NCBI RefSeq assembly: GCF_018977255.1
Contig: NW_024704742.1
Coordinates: 111,044,001-111,108,000 of the forward strand
DNA: 64,000 nt
Source: Callorhinchus milii
Lineage: Eukaryota
Reading direction: 5' to 3'
Shown here: positions 51,620-64,000 of the stretch, piece by piece
Layout: each line of letters starts with the position of its first letter
Position numbering within the stretch: position 1 is the first letter of the stretch
Made by a program: the position numbers and the translations under genes
Notes under the pieces: generated by a model
Told to the model about the DNA's origin: nothing
The model's database searches: none
The model's input: the letters and a program-made list of their open reading frames with translations, nothing else

Positions 51620-53040
51620 ACAACAACAAAATTAAATTTGTATAGAGCCTTTCACGTCGGGAGGACATCCCAAGGGGCTGGACAGACAGACTTTTGGACC
51701 CAAGTTGGGAGTCGGGGTTGGGGAGGATGAAGGGCAGGGGTGGAAGCAGGGAGATCGAAAGCACGGTCGAAGAGAAGGGTCTTGAGATGGGACTTAAAGA
51801 TGGCAAGGGACGGAGCGAGGTAGAGGGACTGTGGGATAGAGTTCCAAAGGGCGGGGGCAGAGTGGCAGAAGGCCCACCCACCAATAGTGGGGTGAGCGAA
51901 GCGGGAGAGGTGAAGCACGCCAGAGCCCACTGAGTGGAGGGAGCGAGCAGGATGGTAGGGAGTTAGGAGGTCGCAGAGGTAGGGGGGGAGCAAGACCATG
52001 GAGAGTTTTGAAGGTGAGGACCAGTGTCTTGAACTGTATCCTCTGTGTGATGAGAAGCCAATGGGGTGAGGATGGGGGTGATAGGGTCGAAGAGTCTAGT
52101 GCGGGAGAGGTCACGGCCTCAGAGCTCTGGATGATCTGCAACCTGTGGAGGGTGGAGTTGGGGAGGCTGACAAGCAATAAATTTGCATAGTCAAGCCTCG
52201 ATGTAATGAAAACATGTATGAGGGTTTTGGCGGCTTGCGGTATGAGACAGTGTCGGAGCCGGGCGATGTTGCGGGGGTGGAGGAAGGCAGAGCGGGTCAC
52301 AGTGCAGGTGTGGGGTAGAAAGGTTAGTTGAAGGTCAAACAAGATGCCAAGGTTCTGGATTGGCTTAGTAAGGTGGAGTGTGCAACCATGGATGGTGATG
52401 CTGTCAGCGACTAAGGTGAGGAGGTGCTGACGGGAGCCATTCAGGAGAGCCTCGGTCTTGTTGACGTTCAATTGAAGAAAGTTAGCTCTTATCCAGGACT
52501 TGATGTTCGACGGACATTCTGTCAGGACAGCAGAGGTTCTGGAGTCAAGGGTGGAGGCAAAGAGGTAGAATTGGGTGTCATCTACATACATGTGGAAGTT
52601 GACTCCATGTCTGCGGATGATGTCACCAAAGGGAGCATATAGATATTGATGAGGAGAGGACCAAGTACAGAGCCCTGAGGAACGCCACACAAGATGGTGC
52701 AGAGGCTAGAGGAGAAACTGTTTGTGGAGATGAAGTGGAGGTGGTGTGAGAGGTACGATCTGAACCAGTCAAGGACGGAGCTGTGAAGGTTGAGGTGAGA
52801 GGAGAGGCGGTGGATGAGGATAGAGTGTCAAAGGCAGCAGAGAGGTCAAGGAGAACAAGGAGGTAGAGGGAGCAGATGGACAGAATTTCATTTGTCACTT
52901 TGACCAGGGCTGTTTTTGTGCTGCAGGCAGCACGTAAACCCGATTGGAGGGCTTCGAGAAGGGAGTGGCGGGAGAGGAAGGAGCGAAGCTGAAAAGCAAC
53001 AGGACCTTGGAGAGGAACGGAGATGGGGCGTAAGTTTGGG
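51620..53040 (-). mobile_element. L2, 5'-truncated; another L2 tail follows at ~53045-53115
   Basis: [34 protein letters not shown]2 tail. Confidence 0.95.
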
Positions 53041-53224
53041 AATACAATACAATATTACATTTGTATAGCGCCTTTCATGTCGGGAGGACGTCCCAAGGCA
53101 CTGGATAGTCAGCAATTTGGACCAGAGCTTCCCAGGTGGTTACGCTTCATGGTTAATCTTCTGATCTTTGTGACATTTATCACCTGAAATGGCCAGGAGA
53201 TGGATTGCTTGTGCTGCCCACTAT

Positions 53225-55203
53225 CACAAAGAGATACTCAACTGGAAGAGGGCTAATTTCAGTGAGTTAAAAAGGGACCTAGCCAAAGTAGACTGGAAAG
53301 AAAGATTGGCAGGTAAAACAACTAAAGAGCAGTGGGAAGTCTTCAAGGATGAGATATCTTGGGACAGAACAAATACATTCCCACAAAAGGGAAAAGTAGG
53401 GCATCCAAACCTCCCTGGATGACAAAGGCAATTGTATCTAAAATGAAGCGGAAAAAGGAGGCGTATGGCAAATGTCAAACCCAAGATACAGAAGACAACC
53501 AAATAGAATATAGGAAGTACAGAAGAGAACTTAAAAAGGAAATAAGAGAAGCAAAAAGATTATAGGAAAAAGGTTAGCGGGTAACATTAAAGGGAATTCT
53601 AATATATTTTACAAACATATCAAGAGAAAAAGGTTAGTCAAAGGTAGGGTGGGGCCAATTAAGGACCAAGGCGGAAATCTTACTGTAGAGGCAGCGGGCA
53701 TGGCTGATGTACTGAATGAGTACTTTGCATCAGTCTTCATAAAAGAAGTAGATGCACCAAATGCCGCAGTATCGGAGAGAGTAGAAGAAATGGATAGGAT
53801 AATATAAACAGAGCGGTACTGAAAAGGTTGACTGGGCTGAAGGTAGATAAGTAACCCGGTCCAGACGGGATGCAGCCAAAGGTACTATGGGAGGCAGGGG
53901 TACAAATTGCGGAGGCTTTGGCTACAATTTTTCAATCTTCGTTGGACACAGGAGTGGTGCCAGAGGACTGGAGATTGGCCAATGTTACTCCCCTGTACAA
54001 AAAGGGACAGAAGAACAAACCTGGGAACTACAGGCCAGTCAGCCTAACATCAGTAGTGGGAAACTCCTGGAGACTATAATCCGGGACAGAATAAATCTTC
54101 ACTTAGAAGAATATGGATTAACTGGGACAGCCAGCACAGATTTCTTGAAGGTAAATCTTGTCTAACAAATCTAATAGAATTTTTCGATGAGGTAACGGAG
54201 AGGGTGGATAAAGGTAATGCAGTTAATGTAGTTTATATGGACTTTCAAAAGGCATTTGACAAAATGCCACATAAAAGACTTGTAAGAAAAATAGAAGCCT
54301 ATGGTATAAAAGGGACAGTGGCAGCATGGATCCAGAACTGGCTGGGAGACAGAAAGCAGAGTTGTGGAGAATGGCTGCTTTTCTGACTGAAGGGAAGTGT
54401 ACAGTGGCGTGCCCCAGGGATCAGTATTAGGACCACTGCTCTTCTTAATATACATAAATGATCTGGACTTGGGTATAGCAAGTACCATTTCCAAGTTTGG
54501 GGACGACACAAAGTTAGGTGGGGTGGTAAACTGTGAGAAGGATAGTAGCCAACGGCAGGAAGACATAGACAGAATGATAAAATGGCCAGACACATGGAAG
54601 ATGAATTTCAATGTGGAGAAATGCGAGGTAATGCATTTTGGTAGAAAGAATGAGGGGAGGCAATATAGGCTGGTAATACAATCTTAAGGGGGGTAAAAGG
54701 GCAGAGAGATCTGGAGGTTCAGGTAAATGAATCCTTGAAGGTGGCAGGACAGGTAGATAAAGCTGTAGAAAGGACATATGAGATACTAGGCTTTATAAAT
54801 AGGGGCATAGAGTACAAGAGTCAGGAGGTTATGATTAACCTATATAAAATACTGGTTAGGCCTCAGTTAGAATACTGCACCCAGTTCTGGGCACCACACT
54901 ATAGGAAGGATGTTAAGGCATTGGAAAGGGTGCAGAGGAGATTTACAAGGAGGGTACCAGGAATGAGGGACCTGATTATGAGGAAAGGTTAGAGAGGCTG
55001 GGATTATTCTCATTGGAGCAGAGAAGGTTACGAGGAGACCTAATAGAGGTTTTCAAAATCATAAGGGGATTTGATAGGTTAGAAAGGGAAAAACTGTTTC
55101 CATTGGTGGGTGAGTCGGTGACTCAAGGTCACAGGTTCAAAATAGTCGATGGGCCGAATGGCTTCTTTTTGTGCTGTACGATTCTATGATTCTATGATTC
55201 TAT
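53225..55203 (+). mobile_element. CR1 LINE, 5'-truncated (~2 kb), frameshifted RT
   Basis: [53 protein letters not shown]. Canonical CR1 terminal (attctatg)n. Confidence 0.96.
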
Positions 55204-55219
55204 ATACACACATGCACAT

Positions 55220-55420
55220 TTTTCTGTCAGGAGCTTGGATCAGGAGTAGGAATCCCACCTGAAATTTTCCCTTCCTATCTCAGGGAAGCTCAGGATAAAT
55301 GCAGAGTTGTTACTGTCACCCCAACTGAGATCATCAGATCTGGGTATCAAACTTGGGACTTTCCTGGCCTGAATGTTTCAACTTCATTCTAATCAGTGGC
55401 TTTTATTAACTGAGTAAGTG
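55220..55420 (-). mobile_element. Ancient SINE fragment (AmnSINE2-like), ~120 bp from the exon donor
   Basis: Antisense blocks gatcaggagtaggaatccc and ccccaactgagatca match 38699-39015. Confidence 0.5.
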
Positions 55421-55543
55421 ACCAGGTGTCCCTACAATAGGATTGCACCACAACATGACAACGGGACGCAATTTCCATCAAGACATGACAGTGTTCTATT
55501 TTATCAATACAAAGACAATATTTTCACTTCTTGAAGTACTTAC

Positions 55544-55722
55544 ACATCTCCGCGTAGAATGCCATAGATCTCATGGATGGTCCAGTGGTAGGCGCCTCGC
55601 AGAATAATTACCAGCAGGACCATAACAAAGGCAGGTAAACCCCAACTCAGCGTGAAGAAGAGCAAGTACCGCCGGTCTGTGTGTTCATCGTTCATCACGA
55701 GCACTTGCCAGAAATTGACAGA
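55544..55722 (-). CDS. ADGRV1: ADGRV1 internal coding exon (ICL2, TM4, ECL2), 179 bp, phase 0/2; not in the ORF track
   Basis: Manual translation [59 protein letters not shown]+GT, matching recalled ADGRV1 [34 protein letters not shown]. Acceptor ttttcctccag, donor GT|gtaagt. In frame with both neighbouring exons. Confidence 0.97.
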
Positions 55723-56111
55723 CTGGAGGAAAAAGAAAACATTCGCTTAGAACCACAGAAATTTATAGCATGGAAGAAAGCCATTCGACCCATTGTGTCT
55801 GTGCTGGCTCTTTTAAAGAGCCTTTCACATACCTTAATCATTCATTTTATCCAACGGGAACAATAAAAACACTCAAGACTCTTCTATTTGACTTTTTTTA
55901 AAAATTATATAAGGTGACAATAATGTAACCAACATTCTGGTGCACAAATGATTAACTGATTAACATCTTTCCATAACTATTTCATAGGTATACTAAATAT
56001 AGGCTGTAGTATCAATATATTCTGTTCTCTTAGTTTTAATTCCGAATTTTCATTTTGAATCTTACAAATAGAAAACAATAGGATTTGGGGTTAAACTGAT
56101 TCATTGTAGGA

Positions 56112-56620
56112 TTGCAGAATATTATAGCACAGAAGAAGGCCATTTGGCCTATCATGTCTCTTTTTAAAGACAATCCATTCAAATTGTTACTTTTCAGACA
56201 TATGTCTCTTGAAAACTAATGTGTATTCTGCACCGACACGAACAGTGTAAAATAACATTGTTTCTAATCTCCTCTTTTGTTCCTTTGGTAAATATTTTAA
56301 ATTGATACCCTCGAGACACTGACTCACCGACCGGTGAAATAATTTCTCCCTACCTACTATATTGAAACCCCTCATAATTTTAAGGATCCCCGTCAGGTCT
56401 CCTCTCAACATTCTCCGATCCAGTGAAAATTGATATTATATAATAGTCCCAGTTCTTCCAGTCTTTGCTCATAGGTCAAACTACTCATAATAATAATAAT
56501 AATAATCCTTGCATTTGTAAACTTATCCCTGGTATCATCCTAGTAAATCTGCTCTGCATCCTCTTCCCTGACATTCTTCCTAAAGTGGGGACAATACTCT
56601 AACTGTGGTCAAACTAATGA
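56112..56620 (-). mobile_element. CR1 3' fragment
   Basis: LRGDLTGILKIMRGF, CR1 3' end. Confidence 0.8.
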
Positions 56621-57198
56621 TTTTTTGCAAATCCTCTGGATTAACCAGGTCAAAGCGGGTTTAAATGCCAATGGGAAAATCCTTCCCTTCATGAACTCAG
56701 TTTTTTCAGAGTGTAGCAATAAATCACCATAAACTTTTCTCAAAACTATGACTTCACACTGTAGTGTCAGGTCAGTGTAATTAACCAAAACTCAACCGTC
56801 AGTGTGCTCAGCACCAGCTGGAGCTCTGAGAGATATGACAACTGGAAAGAAATCTGTCTTAATCACTGAAATTCAAAACACCCTGAATTTTTTAAATTTG
56901 TATCCTGCTCTTCTTTTTACATACAATATTTTAATACATATCCATGAAAAGCGCAAGCATCCCAGTGTTTCCTGCTGCATTGTATACTTTGCCTATTTAA
57001 CAGTGATACCTTATTAAAAGAAGCTTGGAGTTCACAGTCACGATGACACACAGTGATTGAGTGCACAATGCACAATGAAATGCTGTATCAGACCATGAGC
57101 TGGACAAAATTCAAATACTGTATTTCAAGAGGATTTGCCCCATGTACTTATGTAACATTGAAAACAAGCTTTAAGTGATTTGTGAGCTTAGTGCTTGA

Positions 57199-57745
57199 TA
57201 ACAACGACGACAATTTGCATTTATATAACGCTGTTCAAGAAGAGTAGCATCCCAGAGCCCTTGTCAGTGGCGGAGTCTGGCAACAAGCCAGGTGGAGAGG
57301 GAGGGGGGAAAAGGTGACCATAAGCACGATCGAAAAGGATGGTCTTTAGGCAGGATTTGAAGGGGGTAAAGGACAAACGCGAGGCCGATGTCGACTGAGC
57401 GGAGGCAGGGGGTGGGGGAGTGGAGGGTAAGCAGGTCCGATAGGTAGGGAGGTGGTGGTTATCAAGGGATTTGAAAACAAGTGAGAGGATCTTGAAATCA
57501 ATCCATTCAGTAATTGGAAGCCAGTTTTGAATTAATTGGATTTTGTGTATTGTGGAGCTGGGGAGACCAGCGAGGAGGGCATTGGAATAGTCCAGCTGGA
57601 AGTGACAAAGGCCTGAACGAGGTTTTCGGCTGCATTCAATGTGAGATACAGACTGAGGCATTCAATGTGGCGCAGGTGGAAAAAAGCAGTCCTGGTCATG
57701 GAACAGATGCTTGATAGAAAGAAAAGCTGGGGATTGAACCTGATG
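57199..57745 (-). mobile_element. L2 fragment
   Basis: LDYSNALLAGLPSSTIHKIQLIQN, LKTILFD. Confidence 0.88.
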
Positions 57746-57789
57746 TTTCCAGCAAACATTTTATTGGTCACCCAGATGTTTGACACATA

Positions 57790-58340
57790 CAATAACCCAT
57801 TACCATACATAAGAATTCCTAAACCAGAGTTTCAAAAATCCATGCCCCCTACACTTGGAAATTCCCTTGGAGTGGAATGAACACTCTCTCCCCCGAGGAT
57901 CCTGCAAACCAAATCTGAAAAGCTTTTGGCACAGGTTGGCTGAAAGCCAAGGGTTGGATTGGGGTGCGCGCTGGGGTGTTGCTGGAGTTTAACCGGCTAA
58001 AGCCGCATAGATTGTTTGTGGACACTGCTGTGCGCAATGGGCTACCTCGTTTCGCCCACAAAATACAGTCAATTAACTTTACAATATATTATGTGAAGCA
58101 TTTTGAGATGTCTCAATGACATGATAAGGCAATATATTAAATGCAAAGATTATCATTAATGTCAATCTAGGAGCTGAGTGGGAAGAATCCCTGCCCACAT
58201 GCCCCTCCAAGTCCTACCAATGAGGCAAAACTGGCTGGTCTGGCATTAGCAGTACCCTGGTTTCCTGTGGACTCACAGGGCCAGGAATCAGACTACCAAA
58301 ACTACCACAGAGGATATTCAGACATCCTGTTAGCTAAGCC
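57790..58340. repeat. Unclassified interspersed repeat, copy C, with a plus-strand SINE 3' fragment (~58010-58160) replacing its middle
   Basis: gctggagtttaaccggctaaagccgcataga and ggagctgagtgggaagaatccctgccc match copies A and B. Confidence 0.78.
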
Positions 58341-58623
58341 AGATCAGCTTCAATGAGACCCCCCACTTACCTCCCAGAGGAGAATTTGCAGCAAAACTAT
58401 GAAAAAAGTCTGATTTAAAACATAAGACAATTACAAAAATAGTACAATGAATAATTTTATAGTGGGGATTATTATAACAAACTGTCCTTCATAACGCACT
58501 TTTTGTTACATTTATTTTCACTATTTGGGGCACATTTTAGTAACAACTTCAGTTCCAAGAGGAAACCTGAAGAATGTCCTCAAAACCTGACATTTCTTGG
58601 TGAAAGGTTCCTGTGCTACTGAC

Positions 58624-58740
58624 CTGAATGAGCATCCAGCTGAACTGACATAGATAGAGGTAATGAGTGACCAGTCCAAGGGCAGAACAGCTTTCAACAG
58701 AGAGTTCCCGGCTTAGGTAAACTGACACCAAAAATGAGAT
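58624..58740 (-). CDS. ADGRV1: ADGRV1 internal coding exon (end of TM2, ECL1, TM3), 117 bp, phase 0/0
   Basis: Translates [39 protein letters not shown], matching the recalled vertebrate ADGRV1 segment [39 protein letters not shown]. Acceptor ttttttcag, donor CAG|gtcagt. Confidence 0.96.
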
Positions 58741-61544
58741 CTGAAAAAAAGTTTTTGAAATAGTTAGCAATAGGAATGGGGATTTAACATAAGGATGTTC
58801 ACTATCATGAACACTTAATTTCACACTTATTATGCATTGAGATTTCTGAAAAGTTAGTTCGAAGCAATTGTTGGACCCCAATAAGTCTTGATATCACTAA
58901 TTTCACTTAAGATATAAAAGACATTTCTGTTATCTTTTCCCACCCACGTCAACCTAAATAGACATAAAAAAGGCAAACTTTCAGTCTTACATGTTTCTAA
59001 GCCACTTCTATTGTCACAGAGGATAATGGATAGGGTTCTTTCATGAAGGATGTTGTGGTGGAAGATAATTACAGCACATAAAAATCTAACCAGAGTTACA
59101 GACTTTTCTGGACAGGTCTTTAAACAATCAGTGATGTGTACAGAGCGTAATCAACAATAACAACAATACTTTGCCTTTATATTGCATCCTTTATGCAGGT
59201 AGCTCCTCGGAGTGCTTAACAGTGACAGAGATTGACAACAACTGGAAAGGGTTACCAGAAAGGGTGATTGAGGCCATTTAGTTAAAGGCCACTGAAACTC
59301 ATTTATGAAGCAGGTTGATGCTGTAATAAGAGAAACTAGGGTGAAGGTTTTTTCTTCATCCAAAACTCCCATATGGTCGTGTGAAGTAAATCTGTACTAG
59401 ATCAATTTTCTTGTGCATCACTTTCCATCTGCCTATCACATATACACACAGTGTACACACATATGCACAGTTTGGTCTCCATTGAAAGCAGCCCTCCATC
59501 ACTTTTGCCTTAACTTTGTAAGCAACCACAGCCAATCTGATAACACATACTGTAAATTAGATTATTTTTACAAACTCCCATGGAATAAAACATTTCCAGA
59601 AAAATGCCTGCTTCTACATTTGAGTTCAACAAAACGCAAAATACTGCAGATGCTGGAAATCTACAGTGGCTGATACAAACTGTGAGACCACATGCAAAAA
59701 ATCCAGTTATACATTCTATGGAAAAGAAGTGGCTTCACTGAAATGGTAATATCCTGGAACCAGACAATAGCAATACAAAGAAATACTAACTTTTACTTTG
59801 TAACTATTTAACCATGTTAGTTTCATCCCTCAGTTCTCACTTGTCTTCTTAACTCCCCTCAAGCCACGATCTAAGTGTTGGCGTCATTCTGTAATTTCTG
59901 GTTATTTAAGTTCCAGTTCGTTCACAATAAATAAACCCCAATGAGAAAGTCGGCAGGAATGAACATGTGAGTAAAAGGGAGGCAGCTAGAGAAAAAGGGC
60001 AGAGGTGAGTCAGACTTTGTTCATAATTACTTTAAGTGGAGTTAAATTGCTGGAAATGTTTTGTGCAGGTAATTTGAATTGTACAAACATCTAGATCTAG
60101 AGAACTTAACTCCACCATAAAAATAATTTATATTTTAAGTTAAATACACATATTGAATATACAGTACTTGAAATTCTACACTGACACATTACTGAGATAG
60201 GATTGTTTTTGAGGGAAGAGGCAACTTTCTCAAACAGAATCTGAAAAATTAGTGTCTGTATATTTGTTAGCAGATTCTGTATTGTATTAATAAATGACTA
60301 TTCGGTCACAAGTGTTGGCATATATAGAGACAAAGCAAAACAAATACAGAAAATGCTTAAACAGTTTAATATTTCAAGTGTGCCCCTTATAGGATTGCAA
60401 TAAAATCTGAGTTCTGATGAAAGGTCAGATGCTGACAGTCTCCATTTCCAGCAACTTCTGATTTACATAGAATTACATAAACTGTACAGCATCAAAAGAA
60501 GCCATTTAGCCCAAATAGTCCATTCCGAGGTTTATACCCGACACATGAACCTCCACTCATTTTAATCCCCTCTCTCCATCCCACACCCATAACTCTCTAT
60601 TCACCTTTCCTTCTTGCATGCATCACATTGTCTCTTAAATACATTAGTGCTTTTTGATTGATGATTTTCAGCACTCACTTTTTCTTTCTGGTGAGGGCGT
60701 AAATTCGAATCAGTTGGAATCGGGATGAAACTGAACTTCTTTTCACTGCGTAAATGGGGTATGAGATCTCAAAGAACTCTGAAATGTAGGTCAGTGCTGC
60801 CCTGGAGGTATTTTGCATGAAATTAATAATGCTTATGGCTGGAAATTCAAAGCACTGCAGGCAGTGGCTGATGTAGTCACAATATCGTAAAGAGAGTTAG
60901 CACTGCTTTTGATGCTAAGGGCTTTGAACAACTATGGGTAGCGGGAGATGCTGTTGCTGTGGTAACAGCCTGAATGACTCAATGCTGTTACTTTATTTAC
61001 CCCATCCAATCCCCATCTGAAATATAACACTTTTCCCCCCCCATTTTTAAAAGCTCCCAATTTGCTGCCTTTCCCCATTTACCCACTTCCTCTGAACACT
61101 TGTCTGTAATGAGGGTAGGTCTGATCAATTTGTGGGCATCTGTACAGTTACCATAATAGCTGTTGCCACAATGGGCATTTAAAGAGGTCTTGGAAATAAA
61201 CCAAAATCTAGTCAGTTTTTCCAAAGTCTGAGAATTCTGTTTCCATTCCTCACTGCAGCCTGAGAGAATTTGGGAAATTGAACTCAAGTCTCTCAGCTGT
61301 AAATCTAAAATTCCAGTATGTCCCATCATCACATTTGTCCTCCTTAAAACCCTTATTCTATGATTCCTGACCTAGCTCAACAGTTAAAGAGGGACAATAT
61401 CCTGAATCAATCAAACTTAACCCTTTCATAACTGCAAGAATAAAATGTCTATTGTTCATTTCAAAGTAATATTAAAGAAATGTTCTTGCCTTTAGGTTGG
61501 AGGCTAGTTCCAACAACCTCTGCGTGAGGCAGAATGTAGTAGTA

Positions 61545-61887
61545 GTCCTAACCCCCTACCAATCTGCCCACTCCCTCTGCTCAGCGGGCTCCAGCCTGCT
61601 TCGTGATCCCCGCCTCCCCCCCCACCATTGGCGGACGAGCCTTCAGCCTCTCTGCCCCCACCCTCTGGAACTCCATCCCCAGTCCCTCCGCCTCACCCCT
61701 TCCTTTGTCTCCTTGAAGACCTGTCATAAGGCCCTTCTCCGACCATGCTTTCAATCACCCTCCTTGCCCTGCCCTTCACCCTCCCCAATCCCAACCCGGA
61801 TCCGAAACACTGACTTTCCAGCACCTTGAGATGTCCTCCTGAAGTGAAAGGTGATATACAAATGTAATTTTATTGCTGTTGTTGTTG
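61545..61887 (+). mobile_element. L2 3' fragment, tail-to-tail with a minus SINE fragment (~61885-62025)
   Basis: LTPYQSAHSLCSAGS, (gtt)n tail. Confidence 0.85.
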
Positions 61888-62389
61888 CATTTGATTTAGT
61901 GCCTGATCACTTGTCGACACTTCTCAAAGCACTTCATAGGATATACTGTAAAGTGGATTGATTGTCTATTTTGTGGACAAAATGTGGCAGCCAGTTGCAC
62001 ATAGCAATGTCCCACAAACAGCCAAGAAGTGACTGAATTCATCCGGCAATTCAACACACCATGGCACTGTATTGGAGTGTCAGCTTAGACTATGTGATTG
62101 AACCCACAATTTCTGACTCAAGACAAGAGTGCTACCACTGCACAAGGCTGACATATTGTAAGGTGATAACTGAAAACACACTGTAAGATGATCACTAAAA
62201 ATGTTCCTGAGAATGTTGTACCTTACAAACCCACCCTTCTATGCTGAATGAGTGCCAGAGAGGCTGTGTGCACTGGGACACATTGCTCCAATCTGGTCAT
62301 GTCTCCCCATTGGGTCCTTCTGGACAAGAAACTCTGGAGGTCACAAGGACAATGTCCAGTCTCATGATTCTACAAGCTATTTGGCTTAT

Positions 62390-62412
62390 TATATATATAT
62401 ATATATATATAT
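62390..62412. repeat. (TA)n microsatellite
   Basis: Direct reading. Confidence 0.95.
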
Positions 62413-63419
62413 GCCAAATATTATACAGATGAACACCTGGGGAAGAAAGCTGGGAGTGGGTTTGGGGGAGGAGGAGCCTGAGGGAGCTGTCAAAGAGGTA
62501 AGTTTTCAGGTGAGGTTTGATAACAGAGAGGGAGGGGACAAGGCAGAGGGATTTCAGAAGAAAGTTCCAAATGATGATAGAAAGCGCCTGTCAACTGTGG
62601 GATAGAGTGGGTGACAATATGAAGCAGGCCAGAATCGGCTGTGTGGAGGGAGTGACGTGAAGACTTACACAGCATCTTTCACATAGGATAAAGTTTCAAA
62701 GTATTTTACAAAGACAATATGGATCACCAAGTAGGGTTGGAAGAAGAATGTGTTTGAGGAAGTTGACAAAACTCTAGATCAAATAGTTAGGTTTTTAGGA
62801 GGGTTCTGAACGCAGGGAGAGAAGGTGACTAGTTGTGCTTTCATATATAGACATGTGGAGAATAATATGGATTTGCTGCCAAGATTGGTAAATTTATCAT
62901 GGTAAAACACCCCTTCAAGTCTTCCACTCCATCCCAACAGTTTAACCAAAAGATCAAGAGAGGTATGGGTAAAGAAGACCCTTCAACTCTTTTGAACTCA
63001 TTCTCCCAGATCTGCAGAAATGCAAGTAAGAATAGTTTACACTTGTTTGGATTAGTTAGTGTGCGTTTAGTGAGTGTTTCTACACTGAAGGCTGAAAATA
63101 GTGATTCTTCCAAATTCATTCTAATGGATATCACATTACAATGATTTAGTGAAAAGATTGTCATTTTAAGTGATCATCATAAGCAAAGTGCACATGGATT
63201 GAGATCTATTTTATTCTTCCCTGCTTAGAAGGAACTTGGGAGAGGGGACAGAATGGCTATGATACGAATTAGTGATCATTTACTCTATAACTTGATACAC
63301 CATTCTCATATTTCTATGCTTAACATTTGTGACATCTATGAATGTAAATTACTTGTTGATAGTTTGTAAAGCTCAATCTATATTTTAGCACTAAATCTTT
63401 GTCACAAATAGTACATTTG

Positions 63420-63630
63420 GAACTCCCTTCCTTAGTCCCTTTGTCTCGCCCCTTTTCTTCCTATTTTCAGGTCTCGGCTGAAGACCTTTCTTTTCGACCG
63501 CGCCTTTGGTTACCTTCCTTCCCCTCTCCGTGGCTCGGCCCCGGGATCCGTTAGTGTGAAGCTCTCTGAGACGCCGTCCAGCGTGGAGGGCGCTATTTAA
63601 ATCCAAGTTGGTGGTGTTGTTATTGTTGTT
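63420..63630 (+). mobile_element. L2 tail fragment (same subfamily as 4541-4899)
   Basis: ctgaagacctttcttttcgacc...gagacgccgtccagcgtggagggcgc. Confidence 0.88.
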
Positions 63631-64000
63631 ATTTTCCTTCTGAGCTTAATAAACATTCCTATTTCTGTGCACCCACAACAATTGGAAGGAAATAAATAAT
63701 TGAGAACGGACTTCAAATACAAAATCTGCTCTCTGACCACATCAAGAGAAGTCTATGTACCTCTAGAGAACTGTTCAACTCTGATTTAAAATTGCTTTGT
63801 TTTTATCATTTATTTTTGTCCCAATCCCTTTTAGATACCTGGCTTGGTGCAATCTGTTAGTTTATTTCTTTTTATTGTGCCACGCTATTTCCCTATATTG
63901 AAGATGTGTGATACTCACTCCACTTACAGAGTTGTGCAAGAAAATTAACATGGGTGGTGGAAATGAACTGAAAATGACAGTAGTCCTTTAAGTGACAAGA

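Larger units (their letters stand above)
12739..55543 (-). other. ADGRV1: ADGRV1 intron, 42,805 bp, GT-AG, repeat-rich
   Basis: Bounded by donor gtaagt (55543) and acceptor tag (12739). The flanking exons join in frame and are contiguous in the known protein, so no intervening coding exon is needed. Confidence 0.9.
55723..58623 (-). other. ADGRV1: ADGRV1 intron, 2,901 bp, GT-AG
   Basis: Bounded by donor gtcagt (58623) and acceptor cag (55723). Confidence 0.92.

Noticed and set aside
58741..64000. Preceding ADGRV1 exon (…AAKLLTHMM…)
   Set aside because: Not found by eye. Probably lies beyond the window end, though a diverged exon could have been missed.

Overview
This is vertebrate genomic DNA, not prokaryotic. 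The repeat content (L2 and CR1 LINEs, a tRNA-Ala/L2-tailed SINE, DeuSINE-like SINEs, Penelope ends) suggests a cartilaginous fish, probably a chimaera (inference). The whole window lies inside one minus-strand gene, ADGRV1 (VLGR1/GPR98). Three consecutive 7TM-region coding exons (58624-58740, 55544-55722, 12581-12738) have canonical AG/GT ends and splice in frame, separated by introns of 2,901 and 42,805 bp. The flanking exons were not found and probably lie outside the window. The rest is intron densely filled with decayed retroposons and a few DNA-transposon MITEs. Nearly all long ORFs in the supplied track are L2/CR1 reverse-transcriptase fragments or their antisense shadows. I see no intact novel protein-coding system. 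The most interesting signals are non-coding: (1) an unclassified ~0.5 kb repeat in three copies with hints of conserved RNA structure; (2) Penelope-type minimal hammerhead-ribozyme remnants, one inside a 39-bp inverted repeat; (3) L2/SINE 3' stem-loops with a constant stem and variable loop; (4) a three-level CR1>SINE>L2 nest; (5) a 25-bp tandem array made from CR1 RT coding sequence at a 5' truncation point. Repeat boundaries are approximate (read by eye); exon boundaries are exact.
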